DNA of 57,693 nucleotides from Acidobacteriota bacterium (GTDB lineage Bacteria; Acidobacteriota; Vicinamibacteria; Vicinamibacterales; UBA2999): NCBI GenBank assembly GCA_023265015.1, contig JAHFUO010000012.1, positions 1 to 57,693 of the forward strand, read 5' to 3'. Shown piece by piece: positions 30,405 to 39,267 of this stretch (position 1 is its first letter; each line of letters starts with the position of its first letter). The notes under the pieces were generated by a model. It saw only the letters and a program-made list of their open reading frames with translations, ran no database searches and was not told where the DNA came from. The position numbers and the translations under genes were made by a program.

Positions 30405-30646
30405 CGCTGGCGCAGTGCAGCTTCGGCGCGCCGCCGAACCTCTTCCCACGGGATACCGGCTGACTCTCCGGCCATGACGCGGCGAGCGCGTCTCTCAATT
30501 TCAGCAGCCCACGCGGCTTCGACTTCGGCGGGATTGTCGGCTTCGGCGTCCTCCAGACTAGCTAGGAGTTCGGCCGCGACATCAGCGCGTTCGGCAATCG
30601 GCAGTGTCAGGGCTTCGCGCAAAAGCTCTTGCGCTCGTGACGTCAT
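30401..30646 (-). CDS. putative addiction-module antitoxin (TIGR02574-like)
   Basis: LTLPIAERADVAAELLASLED...EVEAAWAAEIERR pattern. Confidence 0.75.
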   Translation of the reverse strand: MTSRAQELLREALTLPIAERADVAAELLASLEDAEADNPAEVEAAWAAEIERRARRVMAGESAGIPWEEVRRRAEAALRQR

Positions 30647-30712
30647 GCGGCCATTCTACACCCGAGTGACGCAGGCCGGCATCGCGCTGGAGGCGTCGGC
30701 GCAGGCGAAAAA

Positions 30713-30868
30713 ATGGGGCGCCGCGATGAGTTCATCTTGGAGCTGGCAGTGGCCGGAGCCTGCGAAGCGATCGTGACGCACAACATTGGGGACTTCGCCG
30801 GAGCCGCCATGTTGGGTGTGCGCGTTTTGCGTCCATCCGAGTTCCTGCGATCGGTGGAACACTTATGA
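30713..30868 (+). pseudogene. 3' remnant of a PIN-family toxin gene
   Basis: Own translation: (M)GRRDEFILELAVAGACEAIVTHNIGDFAGAAMLGVRVLRPSEFLRSVEHL. This matches only the C-terminal third of TIGR00305-type PIN toxins. The frame is open only from 30641, and the upstream space is occupied by the minus-strand antitoxin. Confidence 0.55.
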
Positions 30869-31194
30869 GCACCCTGAGTTTGCGACTGCCTGAATCGCTA
30901 CATCGAAAGATTCGACAGCTGGCTGATCGCGATGACGTGTCGATTAATCAATTCATTGCCACGGCGGTGGCGGAGAAAGCTGCGGCCTTGCTCACGGTCG
31001 ACTACCTGGAGGAACGCGGGAGACGAGGCGACTTCCGGTTGTTCAAGCGCGTGTTGGCCCGGGTGCGCGATGTTCCGCCAGCGCCGGGAGACGAGTTGCC
31101 GACCGTGCCACGGCAGGCTGACAAAGCGCTGCAGCCGTCGAACCGCGTGCGACGCAAAGCCAAATCCCGCACGTCACGTGCGGCTCGCGGCTGA
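30865..31194 (+). CDS. ribbon-helix-helix (HicB/CopG-like) antitoxin
   Basis: MSTLSLRLPESLHRKIRQLADRDDVSINQFIATAVAEK. ATGA overlap with the PIN remnant. Confidence 0.75.
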   Translation: MSTLSLRLPESLHRKIRQLADRDDVSINQFIATAVAEKAAALLTVDYLEERGRRGDFRLFKRVLARVRDVPPAPGDELPTVPRQADKALQPSNRVRRKAKSRTSRAARG

Positions 31195-31254
31195 GCGCCG
31201 GCGTCTATCTGCGCGCATGGTCTGCACCTTTCTTCGTGTCGGAGGACTGGACGG

Positions 31255-31467
31255 TTACAGATCTTCGGGCGTCAAACCGCTTCGTTTGGCGATTCGGGCC
31301 AACATCCTCGGCCCGATCTCTTCCTCATCGTGGAACGCAAAAACAACGTCAGGCCAATTCGGACGAGCGAGCGTCCGATGCGAGCCAGATTGGCGCTTCA
31401 CCTGCTACCCGATCTTGAACAGGGCGGCGAGTACTCGCCGGGCCTTCGCGGACGGCCAGTTGCTCAA
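31255..31467 (-). pseudogene. hicA: HicA-family toxin inactivated by an in-frame amber codon
   Basis: Own translation from TTG 31467: LSNWPSAKARRVLAALFKIG-TAG(31405-31407)-QVKRQSGSHRTLARPNWPDVVFAFHDEEEIGPRMLARIAKRSGLTPEDL. The stop sits where HicA proteins have the conserved GW. Confidence 0.75.
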
Positions 31468-31670
31468 GCGGCGTGGAACGTGACGTTCAGGAATTCCGCG
31501 GGGGCTTCTTGGTGTTCGAGGCGTTCAGCGATCACGCGGAGAGCGAGGGCTTGGACTCGCGCCACGGCTTGATCACGGTCCGCGCCGTAGCACATGACGC
31601 CGGCCAAGGTTGGAACTTCGGCCAGCCACCGGCCGTCGTCCTCGCGCTCAAGCTCGATCGAAAAAGTCAC
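31464..31670 (-). CDS. hicB: HicB-family (UPF0150) antitoxin
   Basis: MTFSIELEREDDGRWLAEVPTLAGVMCYGADRDQAVARV. Confidence 0.8.
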   Translation of the reverse strand: MTFSIELEREDDGRWLAEVPTLAGVMCYGADRDQAVARVQALALRVIAERLEHQEAPAEFLNVTFHAA

Positions 31671-31719
31671 TCTGGTAATTTAGCACCCGCGCCGCCGTCG
31701 AACAAGGCGTCGCACCCTC

Positions 31720-31765
31720 GTTGGTGGTCTCACGAACTACCAACTACCAACCAGCAACTACCAGC
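31720..31765. repeat. heptamer array (CAACTAC units) with a short complementary GGTGG segment
   Basis: ttggtggtctcacgaactaccaactaccaaccagcaactaccagcc. Contains the stop codon of the MBL gene. Confidence 0.6.
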
Positions 31766-32795
31766 CGATAACCATCTCCTTCGACATCGTGTTGAAGCAC
31801 ACCGGCGTGCGGTAGACCACCTCCATCGTCCGCGTCTTCGCGCTCGCGTCGCGGATGGCCAGGGCCGCGGGGTAGTTCGACGCCCAGTTCATCGTCCCCG
31901 CGCCGTCGTGGTGTCCCAGGAACACGGTCGACGGTTTGAACAGCTTCACGAGCTCGACGAGCGGCGGAATCCCGGCGTCGAAGTCGACGTACGGCAGCAT
32001 CGCCACGTCCACGCTCGGCACCTTCTGCATGAGGGCTCGCTGCTGGTCGGTGACCGGCCCGGGGCTGTCGGCGATCATCACGCGGAAGTTGTTGCTGAAC
32101 GTGAAGAGATAGTTGATCACGCCGTCGGTGGCGATCTTCGGATCGCGGCTGCCGCGCGCCCGGATCGCCGCGGCCTGCTTCGTCTCCTCCTCGGTCAGCG
32201 GCTGGTCGAGAGACGCGACCTTCAACGTCGCCGCCTGCTTCTCGAGATGTCCCGCGGGCACCTGCGTCGCAATCACGTTGTGATGACCAAGCGCGGCCTC
32301 AACCGTCACGCCCGGATACTGCATCACCTCGCCGCCCTTGACCGCCTTGAACTGCTTCGCCGGGAGCCCCTCCTTCGCCACGACCTCGCTGCCGAACGAG
32401 GCGCCGACGACGATCGCGCCCGTCTGTTTCGCGACGGCCGCCGCGTCAGAGATGTGGTCGAAGTGCGCGTGCCCGATGAAGATGGCGTTCGCCTTCTTGA
32501 AATCCTTCGGCATGACGCCGATGGGATGGCTGTGCGGTCCCCGATCGTAGTACGCGTCGAGCAGGTAGACGTTTCCGCGATACGCCAGCTCGTAATTCGT
32601 CCAGCCAAGCCAGCGCACGACGACGGTGTCCTGATCCTTCGGCAGCGGTCCGCCGGCCGCGGCGGGCGTCAGGCTCTGGCACGCAGGGTCCTGCTGCATC
32701 GCCTGCGTCGCGCCCTGCGCGGAGATCGTCGACGCGGCAAACGCGGCCAGAAGGATCGCCAGGCAAATCGACTTGATCAATCGCATGACGGGCAT
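31758..32795 (-). CDS. secreted MBL-fold metallo-hydrolase
   Basis: Signal peptide and IFIGHAHFDHISDAA (HxHxDH). Confidence 0.8.
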   Translation of the reverse strand: MPVMRLIKSICLAILLAAFAASTISAQGATQAMQQDPACQSLTPAAAGGPLPKDQDTVVVRWLGWTNYELAYRGNVYLLDAYYDRGPHSHPIGVMPKDFKKANAIFIGHAHFDHISDAAAVAKQTGAIVVGASFGSEVVAKEGLPAKQFKAVKGGEVMQYPGVTVEAALGHHNVIATQVPAGHLEKQAATLKVASLDQPLTEEETKQAAAIRARGSRDPKIATDGVINYLFTFSNNFRVMIADSPGPVTDQQRALMQKVPSVDVAMLPYVDFDAGIPPLVELVKLFKPSTVFLGHHDGAGTMNWASNYPAALAIRDASAKTRTMEVVYRTPVCFNTMSKEMVIGW

Positions 32796-32806
32796 GGTCG
32801 ATTCCT

Positions 32807-33844
32807 TCAGTTGCCGAGATACAGCTCTTTGGTCACCGTGTTCATGCAGACCGGCGCTCGCAGCAGCGGCGCGATCGCCTTCGACTTCGGGAGCTCGTCG
32901 CGAATCGCGAGGTTCAGCGGGCCCATCGGCATGTCGAGCATGCGGTTGCGATGGCCGTCGTGGTGCGTCGGCAGCATCACGGTCGGCTTGAACAGCCGCA
33001 TGTATTCCATCGTGATCGGAATCGCAAGCTCTCCGCCGTAGTAGGGGATGAACCCGAGATCGATGTTCGGCTTTCCCTGCATGATCTTCTTCTCGGCTTC
33101 GGTTGTCGGCCCCGCGCTGTCGGTGTAGAAGGCCCTGAAGCCGTTGTCGAACGTGAAGAAGAAGGCGATGGTGCCTTCCGTGACCAGCTTGTCGCGCTCC
33201 TCGGCACCGAGCGGCACCATGCCGCCAAGCCGGCGATCGTGCGCCTGTTCCTCCGGCGTCAGGCCTCCCTTGAGCGCTCCGATCGCCGCCGCCGCCGCGC
33301 GATCCTTCGCCATGTATTCATTGGGGACGACATTGTGGTGCCCCTGGACCGCTTCGACGGCGAAGCCGTTGAACGTGAACGTCTCGCCACCCAGCCCTTT
33401 CACCACCGCCATCTTCTTGTCCGCGACGCGGCCCGTGCCCCGCACCCACCGCATCGAGATCGGATCGCCCACGACGAGCGCGCCCGTCTTCTCGCCGATG
33501 AACGGCGCATCCCAGAGGTGCTCGCCGTGCGCATGGCCAAGGAAGATCGCGTTGACGTGCCTGGTCATCTGTTCGGGCGTGATGTTCGTCGGCGCCCACC
33601 ACGCGAGCTTGTCGATGCCGGCATCCAGGAGGAGGACGTTGTCCCGATAGGCGAGCTCGTAGTTCGACACGCCGAGGAACCGCAGCACGACGACCTCCGG
33701 ATTCAGAGGCATCGGGCCGCCGGCGGCCGATGGCATCAGCGACTGGCAGGCGGGCTCCTGATGCAGGCTGGGGTACTTCGCCTGGCCGCGGGCGGACGAC
33801 GCGACGAGGAACAGCGTGAGCAGCGTGGCAACGACGACTCGCAT
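32807..33844 (-). CDS. secreted MBL-fold metallo-hydrolase (paralog of the previous gene)
   Basis: IFLGHAHGEHLWDAP (variant motif). Shares the PACQSL.P.AAGGP.P N-terminal motif with its neighbour. Start set at ATG 33844, 6 nt after GAGGAGG. Confidence 0.8.
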   Translation of the reverse strand: MRVVVATLLTLFLVASSARGQAKYPSLHQEPACQSLMPSAAGGPMPLNPEVVVLRFLGVSNYELAYRDNVLLLDAGIDKLAWWAPTNITPEQMTRHVNAIFLGHAHGEHLWDAPFIGEKTGALVVGDPISMRWVRGTGRVADKKMAVVKGLGGETFTFNGFAVEAVQGHHNVVPNEYMAKDRAAAAAIGALKGGLTPEEQAHDRRLGGMVPLGAEERDKLVTEGTIAFFFTFDNGFRAFYTDSAGPTTEAEKKIMQGKPNIDLGFIPYYGGELAIPITMEYMRLFKPTVMLPTHHDGHRNRMLDMPMGPLNLAIRDELPKSKAIAPLLRAPVCMNTVTKELYLGN

Positions 33845-33884
33845 GATCATCCTCCTCACGCTATTTCGCGCCGGACCGGCAAGC

Positions 33885-35162
33885 TCATGATGAATGCCCT
33901 TCGTGGCTGAGATCGTGATGAGCAGTCTCGGTTGCGGCAAGCACGGCCACGATCGTGATCGCCGCCAGACCGACAATATAGATCGCCAGCGCACCGCGAC
34001 CGTATCCCACCATCAACGCGGTGGCGATGAACGGGGACAGCCCGCCTGCGATGACCGACGCCAGCTGAGCGCCGAGCGACGCCCCACTGTAGCGCACCCG
34101 GGTCCCGAAAATTTCAGAAAAGAACGCCGCCTGCGGGCCGTACATCGGCGCATGCGAGAACAGGAACCCGACGAGCAGCGCGAGCCACGTATACGCCGCC
34201 GAGCCGGTGTCGAAGAGCACGAACATCGGGTACGCGAAGACAGCAGTGACGACCGCGCCGAAGAGATACACGGGCCGGCGGCCGACGCGATCCGACAGCG
34301 CGCCGTAGAACGGAATCGCCGCCAGCTCGCACGCGGCGGCGAACGAGATCCCGTTCAGCACGACCTGCCGGCTCATGTGCGCGTGCTGCGTCGCGTAGAC
34401 GAGCGCGAACACGCTGTAGATGTAGAACGCGCCGTTCTCGGCCATGCGCGCGCCCATGGCGAGCAGCACCTCCTTCCGGTGGGTGCGCAGCAGCTCGACG
34501 ATCGGTCTCGGCGCCACTGTCCGCGTCTCCTTGACGCGCGCGAAGGCGGGCGTCTCGACGACGCGCGACCTGATGAACAGGCCGACGCCCACGAGCACGC
34601 TGCTGAGCAGGAACGGCACGCGCCAGCCCCACGAGAGGAACTGATCCTGGGGAAGACGCGCGAACGCGGCGAACACGAGCGTCGACAGCAGCAGGCCGGC
34701 CGGCACGCCAAGCTGCGGAAAGCTTCCATAGAACCCGCGCCTGCCGGGAGGCGCATGCTCGACCGCCATCAACACCGCGCCGCCCCACTGGCCGCCCACG
34801 CCGAACCCCTGCGCGAGGCGCAGGATCACCAGCAGCACGGCCGACCACGCGCCGATGCGGTCGTAGGTCGGCAGCAGCCCGACGCAGAACGTCGCCACCC
34901 CCATGATGAGCAGCGTCAGCACGAGCATCGACTTGCGGCCGACCTTGTCGCCGAAGTGGCCGATGACGATGCCGCCGATCGGGCGCGCGACGAAGCCAAC
35001 GGCGTAAGTGCCGAAGGCGGCGAGCGTCCCGGTGAGCGGATCGAAGGTGGGGAAGAAGAGCCGGTTGAAGACGAGCGCGGCTGCCGTGCCGTAGAGAAAG
35101 AAGTCGTACCACTCGATGGCGGTGCCGACGAAGCTCGAGACGGCGACGAGCGTGATCGACAT
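33885..35162 (-). CDS. MFS transporter, metabolite:H+ symporter (MHS) type
   Basis: MSITLVAVSSFVGTAIEWYDFFLYG..., GHFGDKVGRK motif. Start trimmed to ATG 35162. Confidence 0.85.
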   Translation of the reverse strand: MSITLVAVSSFVGTAIEWYDFFLYGTAAALVFNRLFFPTFDPLTGTLAAFGTYAVGFVARPIGGIVIGHFGDKVGRKSMLVLTLLIMGVATFCVGLLPTYDRIGAWSAVLLVILRLAQGFGVGGQWGGAVLMAVEHAPPGRRGFYGSFPQLGVPAGLLLSTLVFAAFARLPQDQFLSWGWRVPFLLSSVLVGVGLFIRSRVVETPAFARVKETRTVAPRPIVELLRTHRKEVLLAMGARMAENGAFYIYSVFALVYATQHAHMSRQVVLNGISFAAACELAAIPFYGALSDRVGRRPVYLFGAVVTAVFAYPMFVLFDTGSAAYTWLALLVGFLFSHAPMYGPQAAFFSEIFGTRVRYSGASLGAQLASVIAGGLSPFIATALMVGYGRGALAIYIVGLAAITIVAVLAATETAHHDLSHEGHSS

Positions 35163-35225
35163 GGGCTTCACATGCGCCCCCGCCGAAGCCTGACCGGTGT
35201 TGTGCACTGGGCGGGGAGTATACCG

Positions 35226-35295
35226 GAGCCGGGACTCGGGATTCACGATTCGGGATTCGCGGTTCGAATCCCGAATCCCCGATCCCGACTCTCGA
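35226..35295. repeat. oligomer-array hairpin (7-nt period; CGGGATT left arm / AATCCCG right arm)
   Basis: gagccgggactcgggattcacgattcgggattcg cgg ttcgaatcccgaatccccgatcccgactctc. Confidence 0.75.
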
Positions 35296-35349
35296 GATCC
35301 TGCTAGACTACGGCCTCGCTCGCCGTTCCACGCTAAATCCATTTGCTCA

Positions 35350-35637
35350 ATGATCGGCCTCGTCGAAACCATCTGGCTGTTCGTTCGCGGAGACGATTCG
35401 GTCCGGATGATCCGCGCCGCGACGCCCGAGGGCGGCGTGCGCTTGCTCGTGTACGGCCCGGGCAACTTGCAGGAGGTTCACGAATTCCGCGACCCGGTGG
35501 CGTGCGCCGCTCACGAGTCCGAGGTGGAACAGCGGCTGGTTGCCGCCGGCTTCGCCCTCGAACAATTCACCGATCGCCGCACCGGGGAGGAACGGCGCAG
35601 CGTGCCGCGCGGATCCGATCGCCGGCGGGAGTCTTGA
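35350..35637 (+). CDS. hypothetical small protein
   Basis: ATG 35350 within ORF 35197..35637. MIGLVETIWLFVRGDDSVRMIRAATPEGGVRLLVYGPG... is protein-like, but no motif was recognised. Confidence 0.4.
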   Translation: MIGLVETIWLFVRGDDSVRMIRAATPEGGVRLLVYGPGNLQEVHEFRDPVACAAHESEVEQRLVAAGFALEQFTDRRTGEERRSVPRGSDRRRES

Positions 35638-35667
35638 GGAAGACCCCGGCGAAGTAACTACGGTGTG

Positions 35668-35853
35668 CTACTCGGAGCCGTCGGCGCGGACCACCTCGAC
35701 GTACCGCTCGTCCCCGTCCGTCGAAACGCGCAGCTCCCAGGGATTGCAGCAGACCTCGCAATCCTGAATGAGCGTCCCCCTGATTTCCGGCTCGAGATAA
35801 ATCTCGACCTCTTCACCGCAGTAGGGACAGGTCACGACGAATTGGGACGTCAT
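35668..35853 (-). CDS. CPXCG-motif cysteine-rich (zinc-ribbon) protein
   Basis: VTCPYCGEEVE...DCEVCCNPW. Confidence 0.7.
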   Translation of the reverse strand: MTSQFVVTCPYCGEEVEIYLEPEIRGTLIQDCEVCCNPWELRVSTDGDERYVEVVRADGSE

Positions 35854-35862
35854 GGGTTCCGC

Positions 35863-37467
35863 TCACATCGAGTCGCGGAACTCGATGCCCGGGTTTTTCT
35901 CCATCGTGTAACGCAGCACCCACTCTGACTCGAAGACGAGCACGTCGCGGTGCTGCCGGTCTGTCGCCTGCATCACGCCCGACGTCGGCAGCGCGAGCGA
36001 CCGCGCGTCCGGCCGCACCGGCCACCGGGCGGCGACGTGCGGAAGCCGATCGAGGGCGCAGCGGATTCCGTATTCCGACGACATCCGCGCTTCGATCACA
36101 TCGAGCTGCAGGCTGCCGATGACGCCGACAATCGGGTGACGCGTGCCCGATATCGGCATGAACACCTGCAGCAGACCTTCTTCCGCCAGCTGCTCCACGG
36201 CCTCATCGAAGCGCTTATGCCGCACGTCCGCCGGGCGCAGGATCGCGAACTGCTCCGACGGGAACTGGGGAATCGGCGGAAACACCACGCGCCTGCCGGC
36301 GTAAATCGTGTCGCCGATCGCCATGCGACCGGGGTTCACGAGGCCGACCACGTCGCCCGGAAAGGCCTCGGGCACCGTCTCTCGATCCCGGCCGAAGAAC
36401 CGGTAGACGCGCGACAGCCGGAGCTGCGTGTCCAGCCGTGCATTCACGACGAGCATGTCTTTCGCCAGGCGGCCCGAGCAGACGCGCACGAACGCGACGC
36501 GATCGCGGTGGCGCGGGTTCATGTTCGCCTGGATCTTGAAGACGAACCCGGAGAGATTGGGATCCGCCGGCTCGACCGACCCGGCGTCGGCGGCGCGCGG
36601 CCCCGGGCTCGGCGCCAGTGCCAGCAGCGCGTGCAGGAACGGCTCGACGCCGAAATCGTTCAGCGCGCTCCCGAAGAAGACGGGTGTGTGACGCGCGCCC
36701 CGGTACATCTCCGGGTCGAACCTTGTGCCGGCTCCCGTGATGATCTCGATGGCGTCGATCAGCTCCTTCTGACGCTGCGCTCCAACCAGCTCCTCGACTT
36801 CCGGGTCACCTGGAGCCGCCACGGCGACAGGCGTCGTCTTTCGTCCCCGCTCCTGGCGCTCGTACAGAAGAACGGATTTCGCCTCGAGATCGTAGACGCC
36901 GCGGAAGTCGACGCCGTCGCCGAGCGGCCAGTTCATCGGCGCCGCCGAGATCCCCAGCACGCGCTCGATCTGATCGAGCAGCTCGAACGGATCGCGCGCC
37001 GGCTGATCGAGCTTGTTGATGAACGTCAGGACGGGCAGCCCGCGGGAGCGGCAGACCTCGAACAGCTTCAGCGTCTGCGGCTCGACGCCCTTCGCGGCGT
37101 CCAGCACCATGACGACGCTGTCGACGGCGAGGAGCGTGCGATAGGTGTCTTCGCTGAAGTCCTGGTGGCCGGGCGTGTCGAGCAGCGTGACGTGATACCC
37201 CTCGAGCTCGAACTCGAGCGCCGCCGCGCTGATCGAGATGCCGCGCTGCTGCTCCATCTCCATCCAGTCGGACACGGCGTGGCGCTGCGTCTTGCTTCCG
37301 CGGACGGCGCCGGCCAGCTCGATCGCGCCGGCGTAGAGCAGCAGCTTCTCCGTCAGCGTCGTCTTGCCGGCGTCGGGATGGGAAATGATGGCGAACGTGC
37401 GGCGGCGGGCGATTTCGCGCGCCAGCACGTCCGAATCGACGAGGGAGTCATCGAACGATGCGGGCAT
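35863..37467 (-). CDS. prfC: peptide chain release factor 3
   Basis: RRTFAIISHPDAGKTTLTEKLL G1, DTPGHQDF G3, NKLD G4. ATG 37467 (TTG 37473 alternative). Confidence 0.95.
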   Translation of the reverse strand: MPASFDDSLVDSDVLAREIARRRTFAIISHPDAGKTTLTEKLLLYAGAIELAGAVRGSKTQRHAVSDWMEMEQQRGISISAAALEFELEGYHVTLLDTPGHQDFSEDTYRTLLAVDSVVMVLDAAKGVEPQTLKLFEVCRSRGLPVLTFINKLDQPARDPFELLDQIERVLGISAAPMNWPLGDGVDFRGVYDLEAKSVLLYERQERGRKTTPVAVAAPGDPEVEELVGAQRQKELIDAIEIITGAGTRFDPEMYRGARHTPVFFGSALNDFGVEPFLHALLALAPSPGPRAADAGSVEPADPNLSGFVFKIQANMNPRHRDRVAFVRVCSGRLAKDMLVVNARLDTQLRLSRVYRFFGRDRETVPEAFPGDVVGLVNPGRMAIGDTIYAGRRVVFPPIPQFPSEQFAILRPADVRHKRFDEAVEQLAEEGLLQVFMPISGTRHPIVGVIGSLQLDVIEARMSSEYGIRCALDRLPHVAARWPVRPDARSLALPTSGVMQATDRQHRDVLVFESEWVLRYTMEKNPGIEFRDSM

Positions 37468-38350
37468 CAGCAATCGCTTTTCGATAGACGAAGTCCGCGG
37501 CGGCCACGTCTTCGATCCCCAGGCCTACCGACTTGAACACGGTGATCTCATCGGCCGAGGTGCGGCCCGGTCGCAGTCCCGCCACCACTTCGCCGATTTC
37601 TGTGCACGCCTGACCCGCGGCGATGACGTCGCCGGATTCGCGGAAGGCCGCCTCACGCGAGTCGACAAACAGCCTGGCTCTCCGTAACGTCTCATCGTCC
37701 AGCTCGCGCCAGTCCGGCCGTACGGCGCCCACGGCATTGACGTGAGCGCCCGGCGAAAGCCACTCGCCGAACAGCACCGGCGCCCGGGAAGTGGTGGCGA
37801 CCACCACGACGTCCGCGCCTCGGACCGCCTCTTCGGCTGACGTCGCCGCCCGGACACCGAAGCGATCGGCAAATGCGTTCGCGTGGCTCGGACTCCAGAC
37901 CCTGACGTCGCGGAAGTCTCGAACCGTCCGCAGCGCGTGCAGGTGGCTGCGAGCCTGCACTCCGGAGCCCAGGATGCCCAGCACCTTCGCGTCCGCGCGG
38001 GCGAGCCGGTGTGTCGCGACGGCCGACACCGCCGCCGTGCGCATCTCGGTGATGAGCTGACCGCCCATCGTCACGAGCGGCTCACCGGTGTCGGGCCGGA
38101 AGAGCACGATCGTCGCGTGATGGGTCGGCACATTCTGGTTGTTCGGGAAGAACGTGACCAGCTTCGCGCCAAGGGCGCCGGTGTATGCCGGCATCACGCC
38201 CATGAAGCCGTGATGCTCGGCGACCTGGACAACCACGCGAACCGGCTGAACGGCATTGCCGGTTGAAAACTGCGCGAGCGCGCGTTCCATGACGGGAACG
38301 AGCTCGCTGACGGTCAGCAGCCGTGCGACGTCCGATTCGCTCAGGAACAC
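37448..38350 (-). CDS. ornithine cyclodeaminase / mu-crystallin family protein
   Basis: LGILGSGVQARSH Rossmann, family-typical length and layout. Confidence 0.85.
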   Translation of the reverse strand: MFLSESDVARLLTVSELVPVMERALAQFSTGNAVQPVRVVVQVAEHHGFMGVMPAYTGALGAKLVTFFPNNQNVPTHHATIVLFRPDTGEPLVTMGGQLITEMRTAAVSAVATHRLARADAKVLGILGSGVQARSHLHALRTVRDFRDVRVWSPSHANAFADRFGVRAATSAEEAVRGADVVVVATTSRAPVLFGEWLSPGAHVNAVGAVRPDWRELDDETLRRARLFVDSREAAFRESGDVIAAGQACTEIGEVVAGLRPGRTSADEITVFKSVGLGIEDVAAADFVYRKAIADARIVR

Positions 38351-38380
38351 ACTGAGGCCAGCGCGGGGCTGAACCCGCAG

Positions 38381-39079
38381 TCAGGCGTGCGGCGGCGCGC
38401 CGAGATGCTGCGCGAAAAACTCGAGCGTGCGTTGCCAGGCGGTCTCGGCCGCGGCGGAGTCGTACTTCAATCCGAGCTTTAAGCCGGGGTTCTCCTCATT
38501 GGCGAAGGCGTGCGTCGCGTGGTAGCGGTAGAACTTGTAGTTGACGCCGGCTGTCTTGAGTTTTTCCTCGAGCACGTCGACCTGTTGAATGGGGAAGAAG
38601 CCGTCCTCGATGGAGAAGTGACCCATGAGCGGCGCTGTGATCTTCGAGGCATCGATGTAGTCGAGCGGCGGAAAGCCGTACCAGGCAACGCCCGCGTCCA
38701 GCTCGGGAACAAACACCGCCGAGAGCAGCGTCAGCGCGCCGCCCATGCAGAAACCGCTGACGCCGACCTTGGCGCTTGACGTCTTCAGGTACTGCACCGC
38801 GCCTCGAACGTCCTGACCGGCCGCATCGCCGAAGTTCAGGCTGCCCATCAGGTGCTCGGCCTCTTTTACATCCAGGCCGACTTGCCCCCGATACAGGTCC
38901 GGGACCAATGCCCGGTAGCCTCGCGCGGCCAGGCGATTCGCCACACCCTTGATCTGATCGTTGAGCCCCCACCATTCCTGGATGACCACGATTCCCGGCG
39001 CGCGTGTCCCGGCGGCCGGCTCCACGTAGAAGCCCGAACAGTCTTTGCCATCAGGTCGCTTGAACGTAATCTGGCTCAT
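38381..39079 (-). CDS. dienelactone hydrolase family protein
   Basis: GIVVIQEWWGLN..., GVSGFCMGG nucleophile elbow. Start trimmed to ATG 39079 (MSQITF), because the ORF extension runs through the tRNA. Confidence 0.85.
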   Translation of the reverse strand: MSQITFKRPDGKDCSGFYVEPAAGTRAPGIVVIQEWWGLNDQIKGVANRLAARGYRALVPDLYRGQVGLDVKEAEHLMGSLNFGDAAGQDVRGAVQYLKTSSAKVGVSGFCMGGALTLLSAVFVPELDAGVAWYGFPPLDYIDASKITAPLMGHFSIEDGFFPIQQVDVLEEKLKTAGVNYKFYRYHATHAFANEENPGLKLGLKYDSAAAETAWQRTLEFFAQHLGAPPHA

Positions 39080-39102
39080 GAACGGTCTCTTCTTCAGGAA
39101 AT

Positions 39103-39178
39103 TGGAGCCGACGCGCGGGCTTGAACCGCGGACCTGCTGATTACGAATCAGCCGCTCTACCAACTGAGCTACGTCGGC
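39103..39178 (-). tRNA. tRNA-Thr (anticodon CGU), CCA encoded
   Basis: Minus strand: GCCGACGTAGCTCAGTTGGTAGAGCGGCTGATTCGTAATCAGCAGGTCCGCGGTTCAAGCCCGCGCGTCGGCTCCA. 7-bp acceptor GCCGACG/CGTCGGC, anticodon loop TTCGTAA, T-loop GGTTCAAGCC. Confidence 0.9.
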
Positions 39179-39267
39179 CAGGAAGGGTTGAAGGACCGGC
39201 CCGAGGCGAACGGCCTCGGACCAGTCTCACAACACAGGAGGAAATTCGAAGGTCGACGTTCGAACTT

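Noticed and set aside
30044-30776. + strand ORFs 30044..30463 and 30321..30776, tested as a possible intact N-terminus for the PIN remnant.
   Set aside because: They are antisense to the ParE-like and antitoxin genes and show no PIN N-terminal (D-x-N/S-V) motif.
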